64,000 nucleotides of DNA, from positions 161,032 through 225,031 of the forward strand of contig CAURNW010000007.1 in the NCBI GenBank assembly GCA_963526305.1, written 5' to 3'. The notes under the pieces are model-generated. The model was given only the letters and a program-made list of their open reading frames with translations. It had not been told where the DNA came from and made no database searches. Each line of letters begins with the position of its first letter. The stretch's first letter is position 1. Both the position numbers and the translations under genes were made by a program. Source of the DNA: an uncultured Chryseobacterium sp. Lineage in GTDB: Bacteria; Bacteroidota; Bacteroidia; Flavobacteriales; Weeksellaceae. This document shows, in pieces, positions 33,996 through 45,043 of the stretch.

Positions 33996-36275
33996 ATGGA
34001 GACGCAAAAATTTCACTATGACAATACGATTGTCAGGGCATTCCTCTATGCCACGGTCGCATTCGGGATCATTGGTTTTATCTTAGGGCTCACTGCAGCT
34101 TTGATGCTTTTTTACCCTGAATTACCTGAATTTTTATTCGGTACCGATGATACCACAATTCAAAGTTTGAGAAGCGGAAATATCCAGGGTTTAATCAACT
34201 CTCAGGGGGCATTGGGATTTGGCAGAATCAGAATGCTGCATACCAGTGCCGTGATTTTTGCATTTGTCTGTAATTCATTTTTTTGTGGTGCGTACTACAG
34301 CCTTCAGAGACTTTTAAAAACACGCATGTACAGTGATACTCTTTCATGGATTCATTTCTGGACATGGCAAATCATGATTATTGCTGTCGTAATCACCTTT
34401 CTGATGGGAATCAACACCTCAAAAGAATACGCTGAACATGAATGGCCGATTGATATTTTAATCACATTCTCCTGGGTAATTTTCGGAATCAATCTGTTTG
34501 GAACAATAGCCAAAAGAAGAGTGCGTCATCTCTATGTTGCGATTTGGTTTTATATTGCCACGTGGATCGCTGTTGCCATGCTCCATATCTTTAATAATCT
34601 TGAAGTTCCCTTATCATTCACCGGATGGAAATCCTATTCTGCCTATGCAGGAGTGAAAGATGCTCTGGTGCAGTGGTGGTACGGTCACAATGCAGTTGCC
34701 TTTGTCCTGACAACACCTGTTTTGGGACTGATGTATTATTTCATGCCGAAAGCAGCAAACAGGCCTGTCTTTTCATATAAATTATCTATCATCCACTTCT
34801 GGTCTCTGATCTTTGTTTATCTCTGGGCAGGACCTCATCATCTTCAGTACACCGCTTTACCAGCGTGGGCTCAGGCAGTGGGTACGGGATTCTCCATCAT
34901 GCTGATCGCACCTTCATGGGGTGGAATGCTGAACGGTCTTTTAACCCTGAGAGGTGCCTGGGATAAAGTAAGAGAAAACCCTATCCTTAAATTTTTCGTT
35001 GTCGCCGTTACCTGTTATGGGATGGCCACTTTCGAAGGACCGCTTTTAGCAACCAAATCTTTAAATAAAATAGGGCATTATACCGACTGGGTAATCGGTC
35101 ACGTTCATTTAGGAGCCTTAGGATGGAATGGATTTATGGCTTTCGGAGTCGTTTATTATCTTGTTCCGATCATGTGGCGGACCGAACTCTGGTCAAAAAA
35201 ACTTGCCAACTGGCATTTCTGGCTGGGAACATTAGGAATTATTTTCTATGCCGTTCCAATGTATATCGCAGGATTTACGCAGGGTCTGATGTGGAAACAG
35301 TTCAATCCTGACGGAACGCTGCTCTGGAAAAACTGGCTGGATACCGTAACAGCAATCATTCCCTATTTTAAATTGAGGTTCTTAGGCGGATTATTTTATC
35401 TGGGCGGAGCAGTTCTAATGGTCGTTAACGTTTTCAAAACTATAAGATCAGGCTCTTTTCAGAAAGAAGTTTCTGCTGAAGCTCCTGCTCTTGCCAGGGT
35501 CGGAAGCAGCAGAAAAGAAGGTGAAGGCATACATCTCTGGCTGGAAAGAACTCCTCACCTCTTATCTGTCCTGGCTTTTGTAGCAATTGCCATTGGCGGA
35601 CTCGTAGAGATTGTTCCTACGCTGACAGTGAAAAGTAATCTGCCTCAGATATCTGCCGTAAAACCTTATTCTCCGCTTGAGCTGGAAGGCCGGGATCTTT
35701 ACATCAGGGAAGGCTGTAATGCGTGCCACTCACAGATGATCAGACCTTTCCGTGATGAGGTAACAAGATTTGACGGAAAAAACGGACAGTATTCCAAAGC
35801 AGGAGAATTCGTTTACGACAGACCGTTTTTATGGGGATCGAAAAGAACAGGTCCTGATCTTCACAGGGAAGGAGACAGAAATCCGGATTCGTGGCATTTC
35901 AAACACATGTACAATCCAAGAATTACTTCGGCGGGATCTATTATGCCCCGTTTCCCTTGGTTGATTACCAACAAGCTTGACCGTTCAAAAATGGTGGATA
36001 AGATAAAACTAATGAAAAATACTTTTGATATGCCTTACTCAAAAGCAGCAATAGATTCTGCAGATCAGTGGGCCGACCACCAGTCAGCAGCGATTGTTAA
36101 AAGGATTTATGCAGAGGCTGCAGACGTCCGAGATCAGATGGAAAAAGAAAAAACGGCAAGAGGAAACACATTTGTTCCTCTTGAACAGCGGGAAATCATC
36201 GCCATGATTGCCTACCTGCAAAGACTGGGAACAGACATTAAAACGACCGACATTAAAACAGCAGGCATCAAATAA
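33996..36275 (+). CDS. ccoNO: cbb3-type cytochrome c oxidase, fused subunits I and II (CcoN/CcoO)
   Basis: 759 aa. Twelve or more TM helices with heme-copper histidines (HFWSLIFVYLWAGPHH, GHVHLGALGW), then a C-terminal mono-heme CcoO part (CNACHSQMIRPF). Confidence 0.92.
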   Translation: METQKFHYDNTIVRAFLYATVAFGIIGFILGLTAALMLFYPELPEFLFGTDDTTIQSLRSGNIQGLINSQGALGFGRIRMLHTSAVIFAFVCNSFFCGAYYSLQRLLKTRMYSDTLSWIHFWTWQIMIIAVVITFLMGINTSKEYAEHEWPIDILITFSWVIFGINLFGTIAKRRVRHLYVAIWFYIATWIAVAMLHIFNNLEVPLSFTGWKSYSAYAGVKDALVQWWYGHNAVAFVLTTPVLGLMYYFMPKAANRPVFSYKLSIIHFWSLIFVYLWAGPHHLQYTALPAWAQAVGTGFSIMLIAPSWGGMLNGLLTLRGAWDKVRENPILKFFVVAVTCYGMATFEGPLLATKSLNKIGHYTDWVIGHVHLGALGWNGFMAFGVVYYLVPIMWRTELWSKKLANWHFWLGTLGIIFYAVPMYIAGFTQGLMWKQFNPDGTLLWKNWLDTVTAIIPYFKLRFLGGLFYLGGAVLMVVNVFKTIRSGSFQKEVSAEAPALARVGSSRKEGEGIHLWLERTPHLLSVLAFVAIAIGGLVEIVPTLTVKSNLPQISAVKPYSPLELEGRDLYIREGCNACHSQMIRPFRDEVTRFDGKNGQYSKAGEFVYDRPFLWGSKRTGPDLHREGDRNPDSWHFKHMYNPRITSAGSIMPRFPWLITNKLDRSKMVDKIKLMKNTFDMPYSKAAIDSADQWADHQSAAIVKRIYAEAADVRDQMEKEKTARGNTFVPLEQREIIAMIAYLQRLGTDIKTTDIKTAGIK

Positions 36276-36298
36276 TAAATTGTAAAATTTTTATTAAC

Positions 36299-37177
36299 AT
36301 GAAAACGAGAACACCAATATCAATATACATAGCAGCTACTGTAGGATTTACCCTGATGGCATTCGAAATGTTCGCTTCAGATTCCGGTTATTTTAATTCT
36401 CCTTTTTTCTGGGCTCTCCTGGTCATTGTCATCATTCTTCTGCTTATCATGAATTCAATAGGAGATCTGGTAGAAAACGAAAACTTCAGCAGATTGTCAG
36501 ATGAAGAAAAACAACAGTATCTTGCTGAAAAGTCGACTCCTTATTTTCAGAAACTGTGGAACTCAGCTTTTAAAAAACAGTCACAGACAGAAGAAAAAGA
36601 CATTCTCATCGATCATGGATTCGACGGAATTACGGAACTCGACAATTCTCTGCCAAAATGGTGGATCGGTCTTTTCTATTTCGGGGTCGTTTTCTGTGCC
36701 GTCTATATCATTGCATTTACATTCACCGATTACGCTCATCCGGAAGCAGAATATGACCGGGAGAACAAAATGATGCTCGCTTCAATCGCTGAATACGAAA
36801 AGACTGCCCCGCAAGTCACTATAGAATCTGCAGAATACAGCGCCGATAACATCTCTGAGGGAGAACAGATTTTCAAAACCAACTGTGTATCATGTCATTC
36901 GGAAGCAGGGAAAGGTGGAATCGGTCCTAACCTTACTGATCAGTACTGGATCAATATCAGGGAAAAAAGTCTTTTCAAAAATGTCTTCTGGATGCTCGAG
37001 AACGGCTCTCCCAACAATCCTGCGATGCGACCTTTCATTAAAGAAGGCACGATTACAGGGAGAGATGCAGAGAAGGTAGCCGCCTATATTTACCACATCA
37101 ATCAGGAGAAAACTCCGGTTACAGAAACTTTGGGTGGTGCAACTCCGCAGGGTGAAGTGACAAAATGGGACGAATAA
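36299..37177 (+). CDS. ccoP: cbb3-type cytochrome c oxidase subunit CcoP-like (FixP N-terminal domain plus one heme-c site)
   Basis: 292 aa. DHGFDGITELDNSLPKWW (FixP_N motif), CVSCHSEAGKGGIGPNLTD (CxxCH), and an extra N-terminal two-TM extension. Confidence 0.8.
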   Translation: MKTRTPISIYIAATVGFTLMAFEMFASDSGYFNSPFFWALLVIVIILLLIMNSIGDLVENENFSRLSDEEKQQYLAEKSTPYFQKLWNSAFKKQSQTEEKDILIDHGFDGITELDNSLPKWWIGLFYFGVVFCAVYIIAFTFTDYAHPEAEYDRENKMMLASIAEYEKTAPQVTIESAEYSADNISEGEQIFKTNCVSCHSEAGKGGIGPNLTDQYWINIREKSLFKNVFWMLENGSPNNPAMRPFIKEGTITGRDAEKVAAYIYHINQEKTPVTETLGGATPQGEVTKWDE

Positions 37178-37307
37178 CAATTAAATATATATAAAACTAT
37201 GATGTAAATTCCATTACATTATGTCCCTTCTGTTATCAACTAACATCTGAAACCTATTCACTTTTAAATATTCTCCGATATTTAATTACCGGTAGGGACA
37301 TAATTCA

Positions 37308-37343
37308 CAGAAACCTGTTCGCACTGAGCAGGCTTCTGTTTTT
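37308..37343 (+). terminator. Probable rho-independent terminator after ccoP
   Basis: cagaaacctg/caggcttctg stem (9 of 10 bp), 11-nt loop, T5. Confidence 0.5.
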
Positions 37344-37578
37344 AAAAACCGTACCACATTTACTGTAAATTAATATGAAAATGACGGGTTGGCAAACATA
37401 TTGCTCATAAAAATTAACAAAAAATCTGTTAATAGACCATAACAAACAAAATTATCATGCTAACTATTATTAAGTTGCAGGTTTTCAAGATATAAGATTT
37501 ATACAATACACTAAACATCGGTAAAAACTAAAGTTTGCCATCCTTAAAATATTATCTATTGGTATAAATCACACAATT

Positions 37579-40500
37579 TTGAAACTGAAATTCAACAAAA
37601 GAAAAATCATAAGAGGTATTGTTATTACGATAACCTCTATAATCGTTTTGATCATACTGCTAATCCTGAGTTTACGTCTTCCTGCGGTGCAGAACTATGT
37701 AAAAGATAAACTGATTGTCTATCTGGAGAAAAAGATCAAAACCAAAGTCAGTCTTGACAGAGTTTATATAGGTTTCCCCAACAGCCTTGTCATGGAAAAT
37801 CTATATCTTAAAGGTCAGAATATTGACACATTACTCTCTGCAAGAAAATTGGATGTAGGGCTTGATATGTGGCAACTGATGAATTCAAAAGCTGATCTTA
37901 CCTCGATCGATCTTGAAGGTGTTCGGGCTAATGTTGTAAGAAATCCACAAGGCAAATTCAATTTTGATTATATTATTGACGCATTTGCAACTTCCGAAAA
38001 ACAAGAAAGCACTTCAAAACCATTTATCATTTCTCTGGATAAAATCAAGCTGAAGGATATCGGACTGACATTTAATGACCAGCAGTCTAAAAATGATATT
38101 AAAGTATATTTTAATTCTTTTGATACCAGGGTAAAAACGTTTGACCTTCAAAACAATTCTTACGCCGTCAATGATATCAATCTTGACGGGTTAAAATTAA
38201 AACTGAAACAGGATTTTGTAGAAGAAGTTTCTAAAAACGTAGAAAAGAAAGTAGATTCCCTGAATCAGAAGAAGCCTATGAAACTTGGTTTAAGTGGCAT
38301 CAGACTGACCAATTTCAATATTGATTATGGTGATGACAATTCCAGAACTTTTGCGAAAGTCCTTTTTAAAGAATTAAGCACAAAAGTCAACAGCATTGAT
38401 CTTGAAAACAAAGATTATAATGTGGGAAATGTATATCTTACGGGAGCTGCTATCAATGCCAATTTATTTCTCCCTACAGAAAATGCAGACCCGAAGAAAA
38501 ATAGCGATCCTGCTGTTTCAACTGTTTCAGCGAAGGAGAAAGCAATGAAAGTTCTATTGGGCAAACTGATATTGGATGATGTAAAAGTTGCCTATAACAA
38601 TACAGCTGTTGCCCCGGCCAAAAGCGGAATGGATTTTAACCATCTTAATTTCGGTCAGTTAAACCTTGACGTCAGAAATTTTAAAATGGAAAACAATGGT
38701 TTTGCAGGAAGTGTAAAGTCAGCGGAAATCCGGGAGTCAAAAGGTCTGAATGTACAGAAGTTCAATACTGATTTTGTGTATTCAGATAAAGAAGCATACC
38801 TGAAGAACCTTTACCTGCAGACACCTAAAACAATACTGAGGGATGAGATCATCTTAAACTATAACTCAGTTGAACAGCTGTCAGCAAATCCGGGGGCTGT
38901 TAAAATATCTGCAGACATCCGTGACTCAAAAATCGGGTTTTCAGATATCCTGAATATAGTACCTACGCTTAGAAATACCGCCCCATTTAATAAGTATCCT
39001 AATGCTATTTTAAATGTCAATGCCAATATAAAAGGGAACGTCAATGATCTTGACATCCAGAATCTGAAAGTTTCAGGATTGGACCAACTTAAGGTTGCCG
39101 CATCAGGTAGGATAAAGAATGCAATGAATCCTGATCAGTTATATTATGATCTGAAAATTGCAGAAGTTTCTTCTTCATCCAAAACGATTTACAACTTAGT
39201 TCCTAAAAATACAATTCCGAATACGGTTTCGTTACCGTCATTCTTCACTATTCGCGGAACAGCGAAAGGTACTACCAAGATTGTTGACACCAATCTACGT
39301 TTGACATCAACTTTGGGAAATGCGGCCGTCATCGCAAAAGCTGATCTAAGAAGAAAAAACAGAGAGATTTTTGATGTAAAAGCCAATCTGCAGAATCTTC
39401 AGATCGGAAAACTTATCAAAAATAAAGATCTTGGAAGCATTACCGCACAAATCTCTGCAAAAGGACAGGGTTTTGATCCTAAAATTATGTCAGCCCAGAT
39501 GACAGGAGATGTGAAATCTGCAACGTACAACGGTTACACCTACCAGAATATGTATCTGAAAGGAAAAATCAACCGTGGAGCGTATAATATCGACCTAAAT
39601 TCTAAAGATCCGAATGCAAATTTACATTTAGCTGCTTCAGGCATTTACAATGAAAAAAATCCTACCGTAAAAGTTAACGGAAACATCAATAAATTAGATC
39701 TTAATAAATTAGGATTTTACAGTTCTCCTATGATTATTGCAGGTGCAATTGACGGTGATTTTAAAAGCCTGGACCCTGATAACCTGAACGGCTATCTGAA
39801 TCTTAAAGATTTTGCCATTTCAGATACAAAAGAAGTCTATCCTATTCAGGAAGTCAATCTTTTAGCCGTTTCAACAGCAGAAGCAACGCAGATTAAATTC
39901 AATTCCCAGATTGCCGATGTCGAACTGAACGGAAAATACAAGCTGACCCAAATCTTCGGAGCATTACAGCAAACGGTAAATCAGTATTATCAGTTTCAAA
40001 AACCCGGAAAAACTCAGAAAATTGACGCAGGACAGTTTTTTACCGTCAATGCATCGATTAAAAATGATGACCTCATCAGAAAATTTGTTCCCGAACTGAA
40101 AAGCTTTGAGACCATCAATATTACCGGAAACTATAATGCAGATTCTCAGAAAATAGAACTTGATGCAAAAATACCTCAGGTCCTGTATGGCGAAAATACA
40201 CTTGAAAATACAAACTTAAAAATCACTAACGAAAACCAGGCACTGCAGTACAGTCTTGATGTAGCCGCATTGAAAAGTGAAAGTTTTGCTCTGAATAAAG
40301 TCAATATCAACGGGGACGTTGCCCAGAATATTATCAATTACAATATTACCACGAAAGATGACAAAGATCAGACGCAGTTCCTGATCGCAGGTAATGCAAA
40401 ATCAATGAATGATATTACCGAAATTTCCTTAAATCCAAACGGTTTAAAATTAAATTACATGGACTGGACCGTTGCCGAAGGTAATAAAATTCAAATAGGA

Positions 40501-42615
40501 AGTCAGGGAATTCTGGCGGATAATTTCAGATTATCCAATTCAGGAAGTGAAATTTTGCTTCAGTCTGAAACTGCTGTACCGGGAAGCCCTTTAAATGTTT
40601 CTCTGAAAGATTTCAAAATAGAAACAATCACGGAAATCATTAAAAAAGATTCACTCCTGGCGAAAGGGACTATCAACGGGACTGCTCAGTTACGGGATCT
40701 GACTAAAAATATGACGTTTACTTCAGACATCAATGTAAGTAATCTGATTGTTTATGGAAGTCCGGTTGGAAATTTAGCCATTAAGGTAAATAATCAGTCT
40801 GCCAATCTTCTGAATGCGGATATTGCACTTTCCGGAAATAACAATGATGTGAAGATCCTTGGAAATTACAATACTTCGTCAAGCACATTTGATCTCAATT
40901 TGGATATGAATCAGCTTCAGATGAAAACGCTTCAGGGCTTTTCTATGAATGCGATTACCAATACTGAGGGCTATCTTTCCGGAGATCTGAAAATTACCGG
41001 AACGACAGCGGCACCGAAAATTTTGGGTGATCTCAAAATGAACAACGTAGGTCTTATGATTTCACAGACGGGAAGTGATTTCAGAAATATCAATGATAAA
41101 ATAGGCTTTACAAGCCGTGGAATTGAATTTGACGATTTTAAAATCAAAGATAAAGACGGAAACTCCCTGAATATCGATGGTCAGGTTCTTACCAAGACTT
41201 ACAGAGATTTTGCATTTAATCTTGATCTGAACGCCAAAGACTTTAAAGTAGTGAATTCTGAAAAATCAAACGATGCCATGATGTACGGAATCTTAGCAAT
41301 TGATGCCGCCCTGAAAGTCAGAGGAAACTTAGATTTACCAAAGGTTGACGGAAGGCTTGCCGTTTCAAAAACGACAGATTTCACTTTTGTACTTCCACAG
41401 TCGAGCCCTTCTTTACAGGAGAGAAATGGTATTGTTGAATTTATTGACCAGGATCAGATTGCTTTAAATAAAACTGTCAAAGCAGATTCTATAGATACCC
41501 AAAGTCCGATCAAAGGAATGGATCTGAGCGTCAATATTGAAGTGGATAAAGAGGCGAAAATGTCAATTGTTATTGATAAAGCTGCCGGAGACTTTGTAAA
41601 GCTTCAGGGTGAAGCAGATTTAACGGGAGGAATTGACCCGTCAGGAAAGACTACTTTGGTTGGGGTCTATTCTGTTGAAAAGGGAAGTTATGAGATGTCT
41701 GTAAGTGTCCTGAAAAGAAAATTTGACATTCAGAAAGGAAGCACGATCACCTGGACAGGAGAACCTACGACCGCCAATCTTGATATAACAGCTATTTACA
41801 AAACTGAAACCGCACCCATTGACCTGGTAGAACAACAGGTAGGTGATGCTGATCTGAACCAATACAAACAAAGAATTCCCTTTAATACACTGTTGATTCT
41901 GAAAGGTGAACTGTTGAAGCCGCAGATATCATTTGACATTACGACTGATGAAAAAAACAATGCTGTCTCATCTGCAGTGACAGAAACTATTGACGGAAAA
42001 CTTGCCCAGTTGAGACAGGATGAAAATGAAATGAACAAGCAGGTTTTTGCACTGCTTTTACTGAACCGTTTTATTGGTGAAAATCCGTTCCAGAGTAATT
42101 CCGGAGTGTCAGCCGAAACTATGGCAAGGCAGAGTGTAAGTAAGATCCTCTCCCAGCAGCTGAATAATCTTGCTTCAGATCTGATCAAAGGAGTGGATTT
42201 AAATTTTGATCTGGAATCTACCGAAGATTACTCTACCGGAACGCAGAATACAAGAACAGATCTGAATATCGGCCTGAGTAAAAAATTGCTGAATGACCGT
42301 CTTAAAGTTTCGGTAGGAAGTAATTTCGGACTGGAAGGTGAAGCAAGACAAAACGAAAATACAACCAATATTGCCGGTGATGTGACAGTGGATTACAGTC
42401 TTTCAAGAGACGGAAGATATATGCTTCGTGCCTACCGTAAAAATGATTATCAGGTTGCACTGCAGGGACAGATTGTAGAAACCGGTGTCGGATTTATTAT
42501 TACTTTGGATTATAACCAGTTCAGAGATATTTTCCGGAAATCAAGAAATAACCGAAACAGGGAAAACAGACAGATAAAGAAAAAACAGGAAAACCAAGTC
42601 GTAGAATTTAAATAA
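37579..42615 (+). CDS. tamB: Translocation/assembly module TamB-like protein (AsmA/DUF490 family)
   Basis: 1678 aa. N-terminal TM anchor and a long beta-rich repetitive body. The C-terminal segment ..NIGLSKKLLNDRLKVSVGSNFG...YMLRAYRKNDY.. is typical of the TamB C-domain. TTG start. Confidence 0.8.
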   Translation: MKLKFNKRKIIRGIVITITSIIVLIILLILSLRLPAVQNYVKDKLIVYLEKKIKTKVSLDRVYIGFPNSLVMENLYLKGQNIDTLLSARKLDVGLDMWQLMNSKADLTSIDLEGVRANVVRNPQGKFNFDYIIDAFATSEKQESTSKPFIISLDKIKLKDIGLTFNDQQSKNDIKVYFNSFDTRVKTFDLQNNSYAVNDINLDGLKLKLKQDFVEEVSKNVEKKVDSLNQKKPMKLGLSGIRLTNFNIDYGDDNSRTFAKVLFKELSTKVNSIDLENKDYNVGNVYLTGAAINANLFLPTENADPKKNSDPAVSTVSAKEKAMKVLLGKLILDDVKVAYNNTAVAPAKSGMDFNHLNFGQLNLDVRNFKMENNGFAGSVKSAEIRESKGLNVQKFNTDFVYSDKEAYLKNLYLQTPKTILRDEIILNYNSVEQLSANPGAVKISADIRDSKIGFSDILNIVPTLRNTAPFNKYPNAILNVNANIKGNVNDLDIQNLKVSGLDQLKVAASGRIKNAMNPDQLYYDLKIAEVSSSSKTIYNLVPKNTIPNTVSLPSFFTIRGTAKGTTKIVDTNLRLTSTLGNAAVIAKADLRRKNREIFDVKANLQNLQIGKLIKNKDLGSITAQISAKGQGFDPKIMSAQMTGDVKSATYNGYTYQNMYLKGKINRGAYNIDLNSKDPNANLHLAASGIYNEKNPTVKVNGNINKLDLNKLGFYSSPMIIAGAIDGDFKSLDPDNLNGYLNLKDFAISDTKEVYPIQEVNLLAVSTAEATQIKFNSQIADVELNGKYKLTQIFGALQQTVNQYYQFQKPGKTQKIDAGQFFTVNASIKNDDLIRKFVPELKSFETINITGNYNADSQKIELDAKIPQVLYGENTLENTNLKITNENQALQYSLDVAALKSESFALNKVNINGDVAQNIINYNITTKDDKDQTQFLIAGNAKSMNDITEISLNPNGLKLNYMDWTVAEGNKIQIGSQGILADNFRLSNSGSEILLQSETAVPGSPLNVSLKDFKIETITEIIKKDSLLAKGTINGTAQLRDLTKNMTFTSDINVSNLIVYGSPVGNLAIKVNNQSANLLNADIALSGNNNDVKILGNYNTSSSTFDLNLDMNQLQMKTLQGFSMNAITNTEGYLSGDLKITGTTAAPKILGDLKMNNVGLMISQTGSDFRNINDKIGFTSRGIEFDDFKIKDKDGNSLNIDGQVLTKTYRDFAFNLDLNAKDFKVVNSEKSNDAMMYGILAIDAALKVRGNLDLPKVDGRLAVSKTTDFTFVLPQSSPSLQERNGIVEFIDQDQIALNKTVKADSIDTQSPIKGMDLSVNIEVDKEAKMSIVIDKAAGDFVKLQGEADLTGGIDPSGKTTLVGVYSVEKGSYEMSVSVLKRKFDIQKGSTITWTGEPTTANLDITAIYKTETAPIDLVEQQVGDADLNQYKQRIPFNTLLILKGELLKPQISFDITTDEKNNAVSSAVTETIDGKLAQLRQDENEMNKQVFALLLLNRFIGENPFQSNSGVSAETMARQSVSKILSQQLNNLASDLIKGVDLNFDLESTEDYSTGTQNTRTDLNIGLSKKLLNDRLKVSVGSNFGLEGEARQNENTTNIAGDVTVDYSLSRDGRYMLRAYRKNDYQVALQGQIVETGVGFIITLDYNQFRDIFRKSRNNRNRENRQIKKKQENQVVEFK

Positions 42616-44963
42616 TGAAGAATAAGATTAACCTATATTGTAAATATTTTGTAGCATCAGGAATGACTGCGGCTGTTGTTTCTTGCAGCAATACAAAGTT
42701 TCTGAAGGAAGGCCAGATGCTCTATACCGGAGCAGAAGTGAAAATTGAAAATGACACCCTTCCCAAAAAGAAAAAAAATGAACTCAAGGCTGCTCTCGAA
42801 GAAAATCTAACCCCAAAGCCCAACTCTTCATTTTTTGGATTGCGGCCGAAACTTTATGCCTATAATGCGACAAAAGAGCCCAAAAAAGAAAAAGGTTTAA
42901 GATACTGGCTGAAATATAAATTTGGTGAAGAGCCTGTTTTATTAGGTGACGTAGACCGTGAATTCAATAAAGACATCATTGTCAATTATTCTGAGAACAA
43001 AGGATACTTCAATGCAAAAGCGAAGTATGATACGGTCTCAAAAAACCGAAAAGCCCAGGTTATCTACACTCTGAATCCCGGGGCACAGTACCTGATCAGT
43101 AATGTAAAATTTCCAGAAGATTCTACATTAATCAATCGTGAAATTCAAAGTTTTAAAGATAAAACTTTACTGAAGCCCGGCAACCCTTTTGACCTGGATG
43201 TCATTAAGTCTGAAAGACAGCGTATCGATGACGGTCTGAAAGATAAAGGTTTCTACTATTTTAACCCTGATAATATTATCGTTCAGGCGGACAGTACCGT
43301 CAGCAAAAATCATAAAGTTGAGATGATTGTCAAGCTGAAAGACAATACTCCGAAATTAGCAACGGAACAGTTTACCATTGATAAAGTGGTTGTCTTTCCA
43401 AATTATAACCTTCGGGATGCTAAAAAAGGGCTTTACAATATTCCTATGAATCCTGATTCTCTGAAAGGTTACGAATACAATGACATCTACGTGGTGGATC
43501 CGGGAAAGAAATTTAAACCAAGGATTTTTGACCGTGCACTGTATTTCGACAAAGGAGATATTTACAACAGAAAAGACCACAACTTATCACTGAACAGACT
43601 GATCAGCCTGGGTGTTTTTAAATTTGTAAAAAATGAATTTGTCGTTTCAGATTCCCTGAATCATAAATTTGATGCTTACTATGTTCTGACTCCCAGAGAG
43701 CTTCAGTCCTTACGCCTGGAAGCTTTAGGAAGAACCAATTCTGCGAATTATGCAGGAAGTGAATTAAATCTTAACTGGACTCAGAGAAATTTCTTCCGTG
43801 GTGCAGAACAGTTTAAGGCCTCTGTATATGGTGCTTTTGACGTTCAGATCGGCGGACCTTCTGATGCGGAAAATATTTTCAGAGCCGGTGCGAATGCTCA
43901 GTTATCAATTCCGAGAATTGTTGCACCGTTTAATTTTAATTCATCAAGTGCTTTTGTTCCGCGAACCAATATTCAGCTGGGTTACGAGTTCCAAAACCGT
44001 ACGACTTTATACACATTAAATACATTTAACGCATCTTTCGGATATCAGTGGAAAGAAAATGTGAGAAAAGAGCATGAATTAAAACTGATTGACGTATCCC
44101 TTATTGCGCCTGCTAACATTACTCCGAAATTTGATTCTCTGGCTCAAAATAATCCATACCTTAGAAGGGTTACCGATAGGCAACTGATCTTCGGACCTAC
44201 TTATTCATACACCTATTCAACAACGATGCTTCCGAGAAAAAATACCTTCTACTATAAAGGTATGCTTGATCTGGCCGGAAACATTACAGGTCTCGTAACA
44301 GGTGCGAATGCAAAAGAAGGAAAAGAAAAAACTATATTCGGAGTTCCCTTCAGCCAATATGCAAAAATTGAAAACGACGTTAGATTCTACCATAAGTTTA
44401 CCGAAAAAACATCATTCGCTTCCAGGTTCATTGCCGGAGTCGCCATTCCTTACGGAAATTCAGAGCATATCCCGTTTTCAAGACAGTTTTTTGTAGGAGG
44501 AAGTAACAGCATCAGAGCATTCCGGGCGAGAACTTTAGGACCAGGAAGCTATGATCCGAGGGGAGAAAACAATAACAGAGCAGTTTTTGATCAGGCAGGA
44601 GATATAAAACTCGAACTGAATGCAGAATACCGCGCAAATATCTATAAATTTCTGAACGTTGCCGTTTTTGCTGATGCCGGGAATATCTGGCTGATTAACA
44701 ACGAACTTGATCAGAATGGAGTCGATACAAGACCCGGAGGCAAATTTTCCAAAGATTTCTTAAGCGAAGTTGCTGTAGGTGCGGGTGTGGGTCTGAGACT
44801 TGATTTTTCTATTCTGGTTTTAAGACTCGATCTTGCCATGCCACTGCGTGTTCCCTATTATGAAGAAGGTGACCGTTGGGCTTTTAACAGGATTAATTTT
44901 GGAGATTCAAGCTGGAGACGTGACAACCTGATTTTAAATATAGCTATCGGATATCCTTTTTAA
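42615..44963 (+). CDS. BamA/TamA-family (Omp85) outer-membrane protein
   Basis: 782 aa. Lipoprotein-type signal (AAVVSC|SN), POTRA-like region, and a C-terminal barrel with FFVGGSNSIRAFRARTLGPG and a terminal aromatic residue (..IGYPF). Its ATG overlaps the tamB stop (TAATG). Confidence 0.85.
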   Translation: MKNKINLYCKYFVASGMTAAVVSCSNTKFLKEGQMLYTGAEVKIENDTLPKKKKNELKAALEENLTPKPNSSFFGLRPKLYAYNATKEPKKEKGLRYWLKYKFGEEPVLLGDVDREFNKDIIVNYSENKGYFNAKAKYDTVSKNRKAQVIYTLNPGAQYLISNVKFPEDSTLINREIQSFKDKTLLKPGNPFDLDVIKSERQRIDDGLKDKGFYYFNPDNIIVQADSTVSKNHKVEMIVKLKDNTPKLATEQFTIDKVVVFPNYNLRDAKKGLYNIPMNPDSLKGYEYNDIYVVDPGKKFKPRIFDRALYFDKGDIYNRKDHNLSLNRLISLGVFKFVKNEFVVSDSLNHKFDAYYVLTPRELQSLRLEALGRTNSANYAGSELNLNWTQRNFFRGAEQFKASVYGAFDVQIGGPSDAENIFRAGANAQLSIPRIVAPFNFNSSSAFVPRTNIQLGYEFQNRTTLYTLNTFNASFGYQWKENVRKEHELKLIDVSLIAPANITPKFDSLAQNNPYLRRVTDRQLIFGPTYSYTYSTTMLPRKNTFYYKGMLDLAGNITGLVTGANAKEGKEKTIFGVPFSQYAKIENDVRFYHKFTEKTSFASRFIAGVAIPYGNSEHIPFSRQFFVGGSNSIRAFRARTLGPGSYDPRGENNNRAVFDQAGDIKLELNAEYRANIYKFLNVAVFADAGNIWLINNELDQNGVDTRPGGKFSKDFLSEVAVGAGVGLRLDFSILVLRLDLAMPLRVPYYEEGDRWAFNRINFGDSSWRRDNLILNIAIGYPF

Positions 44964-45043
44964 ATAGATTAAGACTTAAAGCTCAGTTGCCCTGCCAAAA
45001 ACATTTTATATTAAAAATTTTCAATATTATTATCAATCAAACT

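Noticed and set aside
37219-37302. 10-bp inverted repeat ttatgtccct / agggacataa downstream of ccoP as a regulatory element or riboswitch
   Set aside because: It is only a single short pair separated by ~65 nt with no further conserved structure visible. It cannot be distinguished from chance in AT-rich intergenic DNA without comparative data.
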